From assembly GCA_016217925.1 (NCBI GenBank), contig JACRFK010000005.1:44170-108169 (forward strand): a stretch of 64,000 nucleotides of DNA. Reading direction: 5' to 3'. The notes under the pieces are model-generated. The model made no database searches, had not been told where the DNA came from, and saw only the letters and a program-made list of their open reading frames with translations. Positions 1 through 9,377 of the stretch are shown piece after piece (position 1 is the stretch's first letter; the number at the start of each line of letters is the position of its first letter). This DNA is from Candidatus Kaiserbacteria bacterium (GTDB lineage: Bacteria > Patescibacteriota > Minisyncoccia > Phycocordibacterales > UBA2100). The position numbers were made by a program, and so were the translations under genes.

Positions 1-1
1 T

Positions 2-457
2 CTTCCCGTAAACACAGTGGGGGTCAGTCAATCTCAGTGCGTGTCCCGACCCGCACCCTCGTGCAATGGAACGCTCATGTGGCTCGGCAACGACGGGAAC
101 GGATGCAGCTCCGGGTATCAATGCATTGCTCAGCGGACGGTATCGTGTCCGGTATACAACACGCCGCTCTGTCCTATAGGACAGACAGTGCAGAGCGGAG
201 CCGTCGATGTGAACGGCTGCCAAACGGCCCCTCGGTGTGTCGCATCGGCTACTACGACTACCGCCTCCGGATCATGCACGACGCCGTGGGGCAGCCTCGT
301 GGTAGCAAGCGGACAGACGGCTTCTTCGCAACCGTATTTCACGAAAGGAACGTACTCAGGCAGCGTTGTCGTGCCTCTTATGCGTTGCACGAATGGCCTC
401 TGGTATGTGTGTGATTGGCAGGGGAACATTTGCAACACCCTCTACGCTCCCCTATAA
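2..457 (+). CDS. C-terminal fragment of a Cys/Thr/Ser-rich secreted protein, 5' end outside window
   Basis: ORF runs in from the window edge; Cys-rich, T/S-rich composition; no domain recognised. Confidence 0.3.
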   Translation, partial: LPVNTVGVSQSQCVSRPAPSCNGTLMWLGNDGNGCSSGYQCIAQRTVSCPVYNTPLCPIGQTVQSGAVDVNGCQTAPRCVASATTTTASGSCTTPWGSLVVASGQTASSQPYFTKGTYSGSVVVPLMRCTNGLWYVCDWQGNICNTLYAPL

Positions 458-601
458 AAGGCTGAAAATAGCTCTTGGCGTTCGACCCGCACTTTTTGGC
501 ACAATTTCATCGCATTCGCGGCGCTATCCACCGGCGCGACTATCTTTTCTGACAGGTCGTAAGATAATAAGTCTATATTCGTCTTACTATGTAAATAGCT
601 T

Positions 602-2584
602 ATGAAACTAAAACACATTTCGGCTGCCCTGGCCGTTGCCGCACTCCTGCCTTTTGCGGCGAGCGCGCTTACGACTGAAGACATTCAACAGCAAATAACC
701 GCTCTCCTTGCGCAGATCGCGCAACTCCAGCAGCAACTCAAACAACTTCAGGTGCCTGACCAGAGGGCCTGCACCATGGAAGCTAAAATTTGCCCGGACG
801 GCACGGCAGTTGGCCGCACGGGGCCGAATTGTGAATTCGCCGCGTGTCCGGGGGCTGGAGCGCCACCGTCACGTATCTGTCCGCAAATTCTCCGCACGCT
901 CGCACAAGGCGCAACCGGTGATGACGTGACACAGCTCCAGCAGTACCTCGGCGTCTCGACGACGGGCTACTTCGGCCCCGTGACCGCGCGCGCCGTTGCC
1001 GCGGCACAAGCCGACGCGGGCCTCGAACAGGTCGGCATCGTCGGCCCGCAAACTCGCGCATGGATATATAGGCGTTGCGGTGGGGGAGGTACCGTCATCA
1101 ACGACACCTTCTTCTCGGCGGTTCCGACTTCCGGCCCGGCACCGCTTTCAGTCACGTTCCGAACAAATGTTGTCAACGACTTGGATTCGTACTCAATTGA
1201 GTTTGGTGATGGAACGAACGGTCCTCTGCAGAATAATTGTTTACTCGGATACGGCGCGTGCGGACTGCCGACCGCCACGCACACCTATACCGCAAATGGT
1301 ACGTATAGTGCGAAACTTACAAAAAAGACCGTATGTGGAATGACGAACAGCATGCCAGGCAGCCAGATTCATTGCCCCACAACAGTCGGCACTGTGACGA
1401 TATACGTTGGCGGAACGACAGGTGCCGGCGCACCGGTAGTGACCGGCGTTGACGGCCCTGCCGCTCTGAATGTCGGACAAACAGGCACGTGGACGGTGCG
1501 TGCGACTGTCCCGAATAACGCGAACACAAACTTGAGGTACTCGGTCGTCTGGGGCGATGAAGGCGTGTTCGACCAAATTCGCGGATTCGGTGGTATTGCT
1601 GCACCGGCACTCGCTACCTCCGGAACCTTCACGCATGCGTATCAGAGCGCAGGCACCTTCAGGCCCACGTTCGCCGTCGCAAATGACGCCGGTAGCGCAC
1701 AGACAAGCGCGTCGGTCACCGTCAGTGGCTCGACATCGGTGGCCGATTTCTCCGCCTCGCCGACTTCCGGCCCGGCGCCGCTCAATGTGAACTTCCAAGC
1801 GTCAAATACCGACGGTATTTCCAGATACTCTGTAAATTTTGGCGACGGCTCAAGCGCGGATATGATGCCCGGCCCGATGCCAATGATGGCCTGTCCGATC
1901 GATATCGATGGCGGCGGGTGCGGGAACTGGAAATCCTATCTAGCGGCTTATCACACCTACACCTCCGCCGGCACGTACACGGCGACACTCTATAGAGACA
2001 ATTGTCCCAAGGGTGCGTACTGCTTCGCAGGGCCGTTGCCGGTCGGCACCGTGAGCATCACCGTCTCTCCGGCGCCAACGAATGCCGGATATTTGAACGT
2101 AACTCCACGCTCGGGCCCGGCACCGCTTACCGTTACCGTAACGACATCGAATTTGCCGAGCGGAGCAGGCCTTGATTTCGGAGATTCAAGCGGCTCCGGA
2201 GCGGTGGCATGCGGTGTCACCGCCAATACCACGACATCGTCCGGCAATGCCGTGCCGCAATCAACTACTCCGGTCTGGCTCCCGTGCAATTTCACGGGCA
2301 CGACGCATACCTACGCCAACCCCGGCACATACATCGTACGCGTAAGCGGAGCAAACGGAACAATCGATACCGTGACGGTCACGGTCTCAGGGATCGCGAA
2401 CACTTGTGGGGACGGAGGATGTGGCTACTGGGTGCCGCCGTCAACGTATCCGACCACGGGTGCGCCAACCCCGGCACCACAAAGCTCAGTATCAACATCA
2501 AACGCAAGCCCCTCGGCAATCTATTGGTGCGGAGACGGTGCAGTGAGCAACGTGCAGTCAACCCCTTGTGCCACTGCGCGATAA
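602..2584 (+). CDS. secreted cell-surface protein with N-terminal signal peptide, peptidoglycan-binding domain and three PKD-like repeats
   Basis: Signal peptide MKLKHISAALAVAALLPFAASA; PG-binding motif (TGDDVTQLQQYLGVSTTGYFGPVTARAV); recurring SGPAPL(S/N/T)V(T/N)F modules; Gly/Thr-rich. Confidence 0.75.
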   Translation: MKLKHISAALAVAALLPFAASALTTEDIQQQITALLAQIAQLQQQLKQLQVPDQRACTMEAKICPDGTAVGRTGPNCEFAACPGAGAPPSRICPQILRTLAQGATGDDVTQLQQYLGVSTTGYFGPVTARAVAAAQADAGLEQVGIVGPQTRAWIYRRCGGGGTVINDTFFSAVPTSGPAPLSVTFRTNVVNDLDSYSIEFGDGTNGPLQNNCLLGYGACGLPTATHTYTANGTYSAKLTKKTVCGMTNSMPGSQIHCPTTVGTVTIYVGGTTGAGAPVVTGVDGPAALNVGQTGTWTVRATVPNNANTNLRYSVVWGDEGVFDQIRGFGGIAAPALATSGTFTHAYQSAGTFRPTFAVANDAGSAQTSASVTVSGSTSVADFSASPTSGPAPLNVNFQASNTDGISRYSVNFGDGSSADMMPGPMPMMACPIDIDGGGCGNWKSYLAAYHTYTSAGTYTATLYRDNCPKGAYCFAGPLPVGTVSITVSPAPTNAGYLNVTPRSGPAPLTVTVTTSNLPSGAGLDFGDSSGSGAVACGVTANTTTSSGNAVPQSTTPVWLPCNFTGTTHTYANPGTYIVRVSGANGTIDTVTVTVSGIANTCGDGGCGYWVPPSTYPTTGAPTPAPQSSVSTSNASPSAIYWCGDGAVSNVQSTPCATAR

Positions 2585-2597
2585 AAGTTTCGGTAAT

Positions 2598-4778
2598 TTA
2601 CTCTGAATGTAATTCGGCTCCCGCACTCGCGACGCGCTCTGCAAGCGCGGGGTAGTTCACGAGTGACGGGTCATGCTCGACGAGTGATTGCGCCTCCGTG
2701 CGCGCGGCCTGGATGAGCTTCACATTTTTGAGCGCCTCCATGCCGAGGTCGCTCACACCCCACTGTTTGCGGCCGAAGAGGTCTCCCGCGCCGCGATTCT
2801 CGAGGTCGGCTTCAGCGAGCTTAAATCCGTCGGAACTTTGCTCGAGTGCTTTTAAGCGCTTCAGCGACATCTCTCCTTTTGTTTCGGGCACGAGGAAACA
2901 TTGTGGGGGGTGAGACGAGCGCATTACACGACCGCGAAGTTGGTGCAGTTGTGCAAGCCCGAATCGCTCGGCGCCTTCTATCAAAATAATAGTGGCATTG
3001 GGCACATTGACCCCCACCTCGACGACGGATGTCGCGACGAGGACGTGTATCCTTCCCGCGACGAAATCGGCCATTCCCTCGTCTTTTTCGCCCGGCCGCA
3101 TTGCCCCATGTAGAAGCCCGACCGTATATTCGGGGAAGACGTCTTTTTGTAATCTTTTGGCCTCCGCTTTTGCGCTCTTTGCTTGCAGCGCATTTATTTT
3201 TGCGGGGTCGGGCTCCTCGATACGCGGACAAATGACGAATGCCTGCCTGCCTTTCTCCAGTTCTCCACGCACCGCCTCATATGCGCTCGCGCGCTCGGCC
3301 GGCTTCACGATTTTTGTGGTTATCTTCGCGCGTCCCGGCGGCAGTTCGTCGAGGACCGAGATATCAAGGTCGCCATAGAGCGTAAGCGCGAGCGTGCGCG
3401 GTATTGGTGTCGCAGTCATGGAGAGGAAATGCGGCGCGGCGTCTCCCTTGTGTGCAAGTTCGCGTCTTTGCTTCGTCCCAAATCGGTGTTGTTCGTCAAC
3501 GATACAGAGCGCGAGATGTTGGAATTTGACCGATTTTTGAATGAGCGCATGTGTGCCGACGAGCATCGCGATCTCACCACTCTCAACCCATTTCAGTAAC
3601 TGCGCGCGTGAAATATCCGTCGCCTCGCCGCGCTTCACCTTGGAGGGGAATTTCTTGCAGCCGCTTCCTGTCATGAGCGCGATATTGATAGGCAGGTGCG
3701 AGAAGTATTCAATGAACGACTGGAAATGTTGCTGCGCCAATATTTCCGTCGGTGCCATGTAGGCGACCTGGAGCGTTCCGCTTTCGCGCTGCGGCGGCCG
3801 TGAGTTTACTACCGCATAGGCAGTCGCAGCGGCGACCAAGGTCTTCCCGCTTCCCACATCGCCCTCCAAGAGCCGCGCCATCGGATGCTTCTTTTCGAAG
3901 TCGGAGAGAATACTCGTCACGGCGCGCTTCTGCGCACCCGTCGGCGGGAAGGGAATGGTCGAAAGAAATTTCTCCGCAAGCGCCGCGCCGTCGCGGATGG
4001 GGAATGAAGCAAGTGAATCATTCTCTTGCCGTTCGCGGGCGCGTGCTACTTGTATGGCAAATATCTCTTCAAACGCGAAGCGCTTGCGGGCGGCCTCGGC
4101 GTGCCGTAGGTCGTCCGGTTTGTGGATGTATAACAGCGCACTCTGGATGTCGGGGAGGTTGTACCGTTTTACGATATCGGCAGGAATGGGGTCGTCGACC
4201 GAATCTAAAATATTTGCGGCGTAGAGTTTGTCGAACGCATGGCGGAACCACAACGAGGTCACCCCCCGACTTTCGGGATACACCGCGAAGAAAGTCCCGG
4301 GTTCTTTGTTTGTCGCCGCGGCGGGTTTGAAAAGCCCCGCTTCAGTCCTGTCGGCGGGTTCGACGTGTGGATTCGCGAGATACGGCTTGCCCGTTTTACC
4401 GCTGACCACGCCCACCGCCTTGACGAACATTCCTTCGGCGAATTTCTTGGCAAGGTACGGCTGATGGAACCACATCACTTTCACCGAGCCGGATGAGTCG
4501 GTAATCACCGCCTCGCCGACGGGAATTCTACGCTTCCACGATTTTCTCGTGTCGAGCTTCGAGATCGTGCCGAAAATCGTCACCGATTCTCCGGCCACAA
4601 GGCCCACGATGTTCGAGTCCGCCCCAGCTTGGTCGTACCGTGCAGGGAAGTGGTAGAGGAGGTCGCGCACCGTGAGGATGCCGAGCTTCTTCAATGCGCG
4701 TATTTGAGGCGGCGCGAGCCGGAAATGCTTCGTGAGAAGGTCGTTTGGGTGCATGTGCGCATCATACATCCGCAACAA
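2598..4778 (-). CDS. recG: ATP-dependent DNA helicase RecG
   Basis: 726 aa; helicase motifs GSGKT, DEQHRFG, MTATPIPRT; wedge-domain N-terminus; start is either TTG at 4778 or ATG at 4769. Confidence 0.9.
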   Translation of the reverse strand: MLRMYDAHMHPNDLLTKHFRLAPPQIRALKKLGILTVRDLLYHFPARYDQAGADSNIVGLVAGESVTIFGTISKLDTRKSWKRRIPVGEAVITDSSGSVKVMWFHQPYLAKKFAEGMFVKAVGVVSGKTGKPYLANPHVEPADRTEAGLFKPAAATNKEPGTFFAVYPESRGVTSLWFRHAFDKLYAANILDSVDDPIPADIVKRYNLPDIQSALLYIHKPDDLRHAEAARKRFAFEEIFAIQVARARERQENDSLASFPIRDGAALAEKFLSTIPFPPTGAQKRAVTSILSDFEKKHPMARLLEGDVGSGKTLVAAATAYAVVNSRPPQRESGTLQVAYMAPTEILAQQHFQSFIEYFSHLPINIALMTGSGCKKFPSKVKRGEATDISRAQLLKWVESGEIAMLVGTHALIQKSVKFQHLALCIVDEQHRFGTKQRRELAHKGDAAPHFLSMTATPIPRTLALTLYGDLDISVLDELPPGRAKITTKIVKPAERASAYEAVRGELEKGRQAFVICPRIEEPDPAKINALQAKSAKAEAKRLQKDVFPEYTVGLLHGAMRPGEKDEGMADFVAGRIHVLVATSVVEVGVNVPNATIILIEGAERFGLAQLHQLRGRVMRSSHPPQCFLVPETKGEMSLKRLKALEQSSDGFKLAEADLENRGAGDLFGRKQWGVSDLGMEALKNVKLIQAARTEAQSLVEHDPSLVNYPALAERVASAGAELHSE

Positions 4779-4779
4779 G

Positions 4780-4819
4780 CCCCGACGCTATGGTCGGGGC
4801 CCCGGCCATAGCGTCGGGG
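4780..4819. promoter_or_regulatory. 40-bp near-perfect palindrome abutting the recG start codon
   Basis: ccccgacgctatggtcgggg | ccccggccatagcgtcgggg are reverse complements with one T.G position. Confidence 0.35.
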
Positions 4820-4905
4820 TTATGCACAGTCCCGTGGCCGGTATCTTGCGCGCCTGTATTTGATGAGTACTATGGGCGTGTAAAAGTGTAGCAACCATAA
4901 AAAAT

Positions 4906-5043
4906 ATGACATTCCACGAAGATGAAGAAAAAGATCCGCTCGCCATTAGCGAAGAGGCAATCGGCGAAGTGCTTGATGAAGACGCCGACGAGGACGAGGT
5001 GGCAAGTGCCCCGCTAGAAGACGACGAAAAGGCGTGGGAATAA
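4906..5043 (+). CDS. putative small acidic protein (45 aa) ending inside a 38-bp perfect palindrome
   Basis: MTFHEDEEKDPLAISEEAIGEVLDEDADEDEVASAPLEDDEKAWE; stop codon lies within the hairpin gggaataaagcgaggccg-ta-cggcctcgctttattccc (5036..5073). Confidence 0.2.
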   Translation: MTFHEDEEKDPLAISEEAIGEVLDEDADEDEVASAPLEDDEKAWE

Positions 5044-5127
5044 AGCGAGGCCGTACGGCCTCGCTTTATTCCCACTCTCCACACGGGTTTTCATCCCGCA
5101 TTGTGGAGACGTGGTACCATTTCCTCT

Positions 5128-5607
5128 ATGAGTGAAACAGGCGTCATAGACCTCAACGGTAAGTCGATACTCATTATCGAGGATGATCCGCTCTTGCACA
5201 GCCTTCTTGCGGACAAAATGAAGCAGCTCCGCGATAAGGGAGTCAAAGTGTTCCCGACCATGAGCGCGGAAGAGGGTCTCAAACAGGCGCAAGAGTCCAA
5301 GCCCGACCTTATCATGCTCGACCTCGTTCTACCGACTATGGACGGCTTCGAGTTTTTGCGGCAGCTGCGGGCTATTCCCGGTCACGAGAAGACTCCCGTT
5401 GTCGTACTATCAAATCTGAGTGCAGACACCGACAAAGAGCGGGCGCGGAGCCTCGGTGTCATTGCGTATATGGTCAAGGCGGATTTTTCGTTGAGCGAGA
5501 TATCGGCCGCCGTCGAACAAATATTGCAGGGTAAGCAGATGTCGCCGCCCAAACCGGTTGACGGGACTCTTACGAAAACTCCGTTGGGGTACATGACCTA
5601 TCTATAA
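5128..5607 (+). CDS. single-domain response regulator (CheY-like receiver)
   Basis: IIEDDPLL...DLIMLDLVLPTMDGFEFL...K receiver signature; no output domain. Confidence 0.8.
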   Translation: MSETGVIDLNGKSILIIEDDPLLHSLLADKMKQLRDKGVKVFPTMSAEEGLKQAQESKPDLIMLDLVLPTMDGFEFLRQLRAIPGHEKTPVVVLSNLSADTDKERARSLGVIAYMVKADFSLSEISAAVEQILQGKQMSPPKPVDGTLTKTPLGYMTYL

Positions 5608-5654
5608 GAGTTGTTAGCGATTCGCGCGGGTGACGACTCGAAACGGCGCTACAT

Positions 5655-6872
5655 ATGCCCGAGACAAAATCCGAGAAAGCAATATCGTCGACGGAGCCTC
5701 TGCAGCTGGACGCCTTTTCGTTGCGTCTGAAGTTAGTGCTCGCTTTTGCGGTCTTGAGTCTGCTGCCTTTCATCTTCATCGCCGTCCGCATTACGGGAAT
5801 GTGGAAATACATCGCGGGGCTTTCGGCGCAAGGGAATTTCGCCGACTCGGAACTTGCGCGCGCGGTAACCGAGCAGAGCAACGCCTTCATTGTGGGAAGC
5901 ATTGAGTTTTCGGTAGTCTTTTTCATACTCGTCTGCGCCGGCATTATCTTTGCGGACCGCATTCTTGTGGGGCCGTTGTACAAGATTATTGATTGGATGC
6001 GCACCGCACGGGAAAATAAGTTCGCCGCACTTGCGCCGCTTCCGGTACAGAGCGGGGACGAGTGGAGCGCTCTGGGATACGAGATAGATCAGTCCATCAA
6101 ATACTTCCAGGAGGTGGAATCGCGTGAGCGTCAGATAGCCGAAGAGAAGGGGGAATTCATATCGGTCGCCGCGCACCAGTTGCGCACCCCTCTCACGGGG
6201 CTCAAATGGACGCTTGAGGTCTTGCGGGATTCCTCGACGACTCCCGAGAGTAAAGCAAAACTCCTCGACCAGGTATCGGGGACCACGGAGCGCATGGTGC
6301 GCTTGGTGGACGACGTGCTCGACGTTGCGAAGATCGAAGAGGGAAAGTTCGGATACGAGTATGCGATTACGGACATTATCGGCCCGATGCAACACCTGAT
6401 AAACGATTTTCTGGTGGTCGGGAAGAGCCGCGATGTCGCCCTCGTGTTCGAGCACGGAGAGGTCGCTCTCCCTGTCTACATGGATGTCAATCGCGTTACC
6501 CTCGCGGTATCGAACCTCATTTCCAATAGTCTCGATTACACGCGCGCGGGCGGGCGCATCACCCTGCGGATTGAGCGAGCCGGCCGGCAAGTCAGGATAT
6601 CGGTGCAAGATACCGGCATCGGTATATCACCGGAAGACAAAAGACGGCTATTCACGAAATTCTACCGCGGCGAAAGCGCGCGACGTATGCATCCGGATGG
6701 CTCGGGCCTCGGACTCTTCATCGCACGCAATGTCGCTCTTCGCCACGGCGGCGACGTGACCGTCGAATCCGAAGCCGGCAAAGGGTCAACCCTCTCTTTC
6801 AATGTGCCGCTTGAAAAGGCGGATATGGGCAAGGTGGAAGTTTCAGTAGGCAACTTTTTCGCCAGCTTTTGA
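5655..6872 (+). CDS. sensor histidine kinase (2 TM, HisKA + HATPase_c)
   Basis: H-box AAHQLRTPLTGLKW; N/G1/G2 boxes (DTGIGI, GSGLGL); N-terminal TM helices. Confidence 0.85.
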   Translation: MPETKSEKAISSTEPLQLDAFSLRLKLVLAFAVLSLLPFIFIAVRITGMWKYIAGLSAQGNFADSELARAVTEQSNAFIVGSIEFSVVFFILVCAGIIFADRILVGPLYKIIDWMRTARENKFAALAPLPVQSGDEWSALGYEIDQSIKYFQEVESRERQIAEEKGEFISVAAHQLRTPLTGLKWTLEVLRDSSTTPESKAKLLDQVSGTTERMVRLVDDVLDVAKIEEGKFGYEYAITDIIGPMQHLINDFLVVGKSRDVALVFEHGEVALPVYMDVNRVTLAVSNLISNSLDYTRAGGRITLRIERAGRQVRISVQDTGIGISPEDKRRLFTKFYRGESARRMHPDGSGLGLFIARNVALRHGGDVTVESEAGKGSTLSFNVPLEKADMGKVEVSVGNFFASF

Positions 6873-7095
6873 ATCCACCGTGAGGTGCCGCCGAAGGCGG
6901 TTCGACTGTCGGCCGTAGGCCGATGGGAGAAGGTTCACGTCGGAACGAGCACGTTCCGACGCAAAGTGCGGACCACGATACGAGGAGTGTCACGCACGAA
7001 CGAGCACGTTCGGGCGTCGTAAGCATGAGCACGCGCGGGCCAAGTAAGAGAAGGTTCACGTCGGAACGAGCACGTTCCGACGTAAAGTGCGGACC
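6862..7095. repeat. repeat family A locus 1: ~100-nt stop-codon-embedded element with a second partial copy and a related hairpin
   Basis: 6862..6963 is near-identical to 21790..21890; the 24-nt perfect hairpin cgtcggaacgagcacgttccgacg occurs at 6938..6961 and 7059..7082, with related cgaacgagcacgttcg at 6996..7011. Confidence 0.65.
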
Positions 7096-7122
7096 AAAAC
7101 CCGTTTGTGATAGTATAAAGTC

Positions 7123-7458
7123 ATGCACACCGTACTGAAATACCTCGGTACCATCGCGGCGGTTTTTCTCACGGTCAACATCGTACCGGGCATTACGGTC
7201 GAAGGCGGCTGGCTCACGGTACTTCTGGTCGCTCTCGTGTGGTCGGTCATCACGATGGTCATCCGGCCGGTACTCGGCATTTTGACGCTCCCCATCACCC
7301 TTATCACCTTCGGGCTCTTCTCGCTCGTACTAAACGCACTCCTCTTTTGGGCGATGTCGGTCGTTGTTCCCGGATTCGTTGTCGCGGGATTCATCCCTGC
7401 GCTTTTCGGCGCACTCGTGCTTTCGATATTCACCTGGCTCATTCACCAAATTCTCTAG
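7123..7458 (+). CDS. YvlD/DUF360 family membrane protein (Phage_holin_4_2-like)
   Basis: VPGI.V.G........IRP.L..LTLP....T.G.F....N......VPGF pattern characteristic of B. subtilis YvlD-like proteins; 4 TM. Confidence 0.7.
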   Translation: MHTVLKYLGTIAAVFLTVNIVPGITVEGGWLTVLLVALVWSVITMVIRPVLGILTLPITLITFGLFSLVLNALLFWAMSVVVPGFVVAGFIPALFGALVLSIFTWLIHQIL

Positions 7459-7579
7459 AGCATCTTTTAAAACCCCATCTACTTCGTTGCGGGGCCCCAG
7501 CGTCACCGTCGCCGTACCTCCAGTACGTCTCCGTCGCCGCTTTCCCCGCGCCTCGTACCTGGAGTTTTAAAACACGCTC
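7456..7579. mobile_element. repeat family B copy 1: MITE-like element with ~17-nt terminal inverted repeats, starting at the TAG stop of the upstream gene
   Basis: TAGAGCATCTTTTAAAAC...GTTTTAAAACACGCTC; interior ~90% identical to copy 3 at 57042..57163. Confidence 0.6.
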
Positions 7580-7586
7580 CCTATCC

Positions 7587-7895
7587 TTAAGAATGAGAAT
7601 GATGTGTCGTCGGTTTCGTAAAATCGGAAAGCTTCCCTCCGGTCACAACGAAGATATAAATAATCTCAAGAATACCGAGGGTGTTCAGGAATAAGAAGGC
7701 GATAAACCACCACATATCGCCGCGTTTTGCCGCCCGCCAGAGTGCGAGGCCTTTCCACAGCAAGCTCCACAAAACACCCAGTAAGACGAAGGACATAACG
7801 AGCGGGATTCCCAATCCCACGCCGTCCATCATTCCAAAACCCCCTCCTTGTATGTAGTTCATATAAGGACAGTATACCTCATCTTGTTCTGACAA
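7587..7895 (-). CDS. small hypothetical membrane protein (2 TM)
   Basis: Hydrophobic helices LGIPLVMSFVLLGVLWSLLW and MWWFIAFLFLNTLGILEIIYIFV; start ambiguous. Confidence 0.45.
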   Translation of the reverse strand: MSEQDEVYCPYMNYIQGGGFGMMDGVGLGIPLVMSFVLLGVLWSLLWKGLALWRAAKRGDMWWFIAFLFLNTLGILEIIYIFVVTGGKLSDFTKPTTHHSHS

Positions 7896-8298
7896 GTTGC
7901 GGGGGGATTCGCCCGCGACTAAACTTTTGCCGTCGCAAAAGTTTGTCTGGGCACCGCCTCACTGTCGCGCAAGCTTGCGCGACATCGTTCCGGCGTTCGA
8001 ATCCCTCACGCAATGTGAGCAGGCACATTGCTCCTCTCCGCCATGAAAAAAGGCGCCTCGCGGCACTCGTTTTTCTTATGGCGGGATATTCTCGAAATAG
8101 CTCGAACTTTCGCCGCCGCCCCCCACCGGCGGCGAGAACCCCGCGAGAAAATGCAGGGCGCGGCGAAGCCGCACCGCTGACAATATCAAATTTTTCTTTG
8201 GCGGACTACATTCGAGAATTCGCGAAGCGAATACAACTGCTCTTTACATAAAAACGGGGCGGCCTTTCGGTCGCCACCGTTGGCAATACCGAACGACA

Positions 8299-8676
8299 TC
8301 AAATGTCGCCGGACTGCATTCTGCGTTGAAGCGCAGTTCGTGGAAACTTGCGCCGCTTTTTCTTGCTCTTGCTCTTGTGGCTGCTGAAGCATTCGAACGC
8401 CCTAGACAAGGTTTTGAGCTTGATGGGCTTCCCCTTTTCATCAAGCACGGGATAGACCTTGAGAGGCCGCTTCAAGGCACCTTTTGGCAGCTCAAGTGCC
8501 TGCGTAAGTGAGTGAGCAGGCGTTGATCTCACGAAGTCCACGAACTTTCGGAACTCCTCCAGCGGATCGACGTTGGGAGAGGCTCCGCGCTCCTCTGCCA
8601 ACAATTGGCCGATTTGACGGTAGCGTTCGACGCTTGCCGCGCGAGCGACACGCGTTCTCTTGCGAGTTTTGCCCAT
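8299..8676 (-). CDS. hypothetical basic protein
   Basis: 125-aa ORF, Lys/Arg-rich; no recognised domain. Confidence 0.3.
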   Translation of the reverse strand: MGKTRKRTRVARAASVERYRQIGQLLAEERGASPNVDPLEEFRKFVDFVRSTPAHSLTQALELPKGALKRPLKVYPVLDEKGKPIKLKTLSRAFECFSSHKSKSKKKRRKFPRTALQRRMQSGDI

Positions 8677-8918
8677 TTTCAGCTCCCGAAGAACAGGTTG
8701 AATCGCGGGCTACATGGCCCGTTCCAAGATGATTACACGAAACGGTGAATAGTAGCAATAGACCTAAAAATTAGTGCAAAAAAAATTGAACTGAATTTGT
8801 ATGACTAAAAAATTCTTTTCCCCCACAAATGCCAATTCGTTTTTGAACCTAAAATGCAATACGTTTTGACCGCCGAGCGCAGCGAGGCGGCTGACCTCGG
8901 CTTGCGCTTTCCATCTGT

Positions 8919-9007
<89 letters not shown>

Positions 9008-9047
9008 TTGCTGTTTCTCACGGGCGAACGACGACGTCGACTGCCCT

Positions 9048-9377
9048 GTGCGGCACAGTATACAGAAGCTCGATATTTATGCTAGATTTGCCGTTCACGG
9101 AGATGTTCTTTCAATGGCCAAATTACTTTCATCTGACGAGGCGGTGGCAAAAATCTCCCTGGTGTTTCAGCTCAGCAGTTCGAAAGGGGGGATACGCCCA
9201 CTGTACGGACCTGCGGAAACGCGATACGAGATCGCGAACGCCGTTGTCCAAAGCGAATGGGTTCCGGAGCGCCTTCGCGGACAACCGGATCTCCTGGCTC
9301 GGCTGCTGAACTGGACGAGGGATGACCTTAATCGCATCGCGCGCGGCCGTCGTCCGGGCACTCGCTTGAGATTCTGA
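9048..9377 (+). CDS. hypothetical protein (weak)
   Basis: 109-aa ORF ending just before the bidirectional hairpin at 9388..9413; no domain. Confidence 0.2.
   Translation: MRHSIQKLDIYARFAVHGDVLSMAKLLSSDEAVAKISLVFQLSSSKGGIRPLYGPAETRYEIANAVVQSEWVPERLRGQPDLLARLLNWTRDDLNRIARGRRPGTRLRF

Noticed and set aside
4788-5084. ORF 4788..5084 (-), a Ser-rich low-complexity 98-aa protein
   Set aside because: Low-complexity SSSS-rich translation antisense to the small acidic ORF and hairpins; no start context. Judged spurious.
6862-7095. CRISPR array hypothesis for the repeated hairpins (families A, B and C)
   Set aside because: The repeats are not regularly spaced direct repeats with unique spacers. They are inverted-repeat or hairpin elements at scattered gene boundaries, and no cas genes are present.
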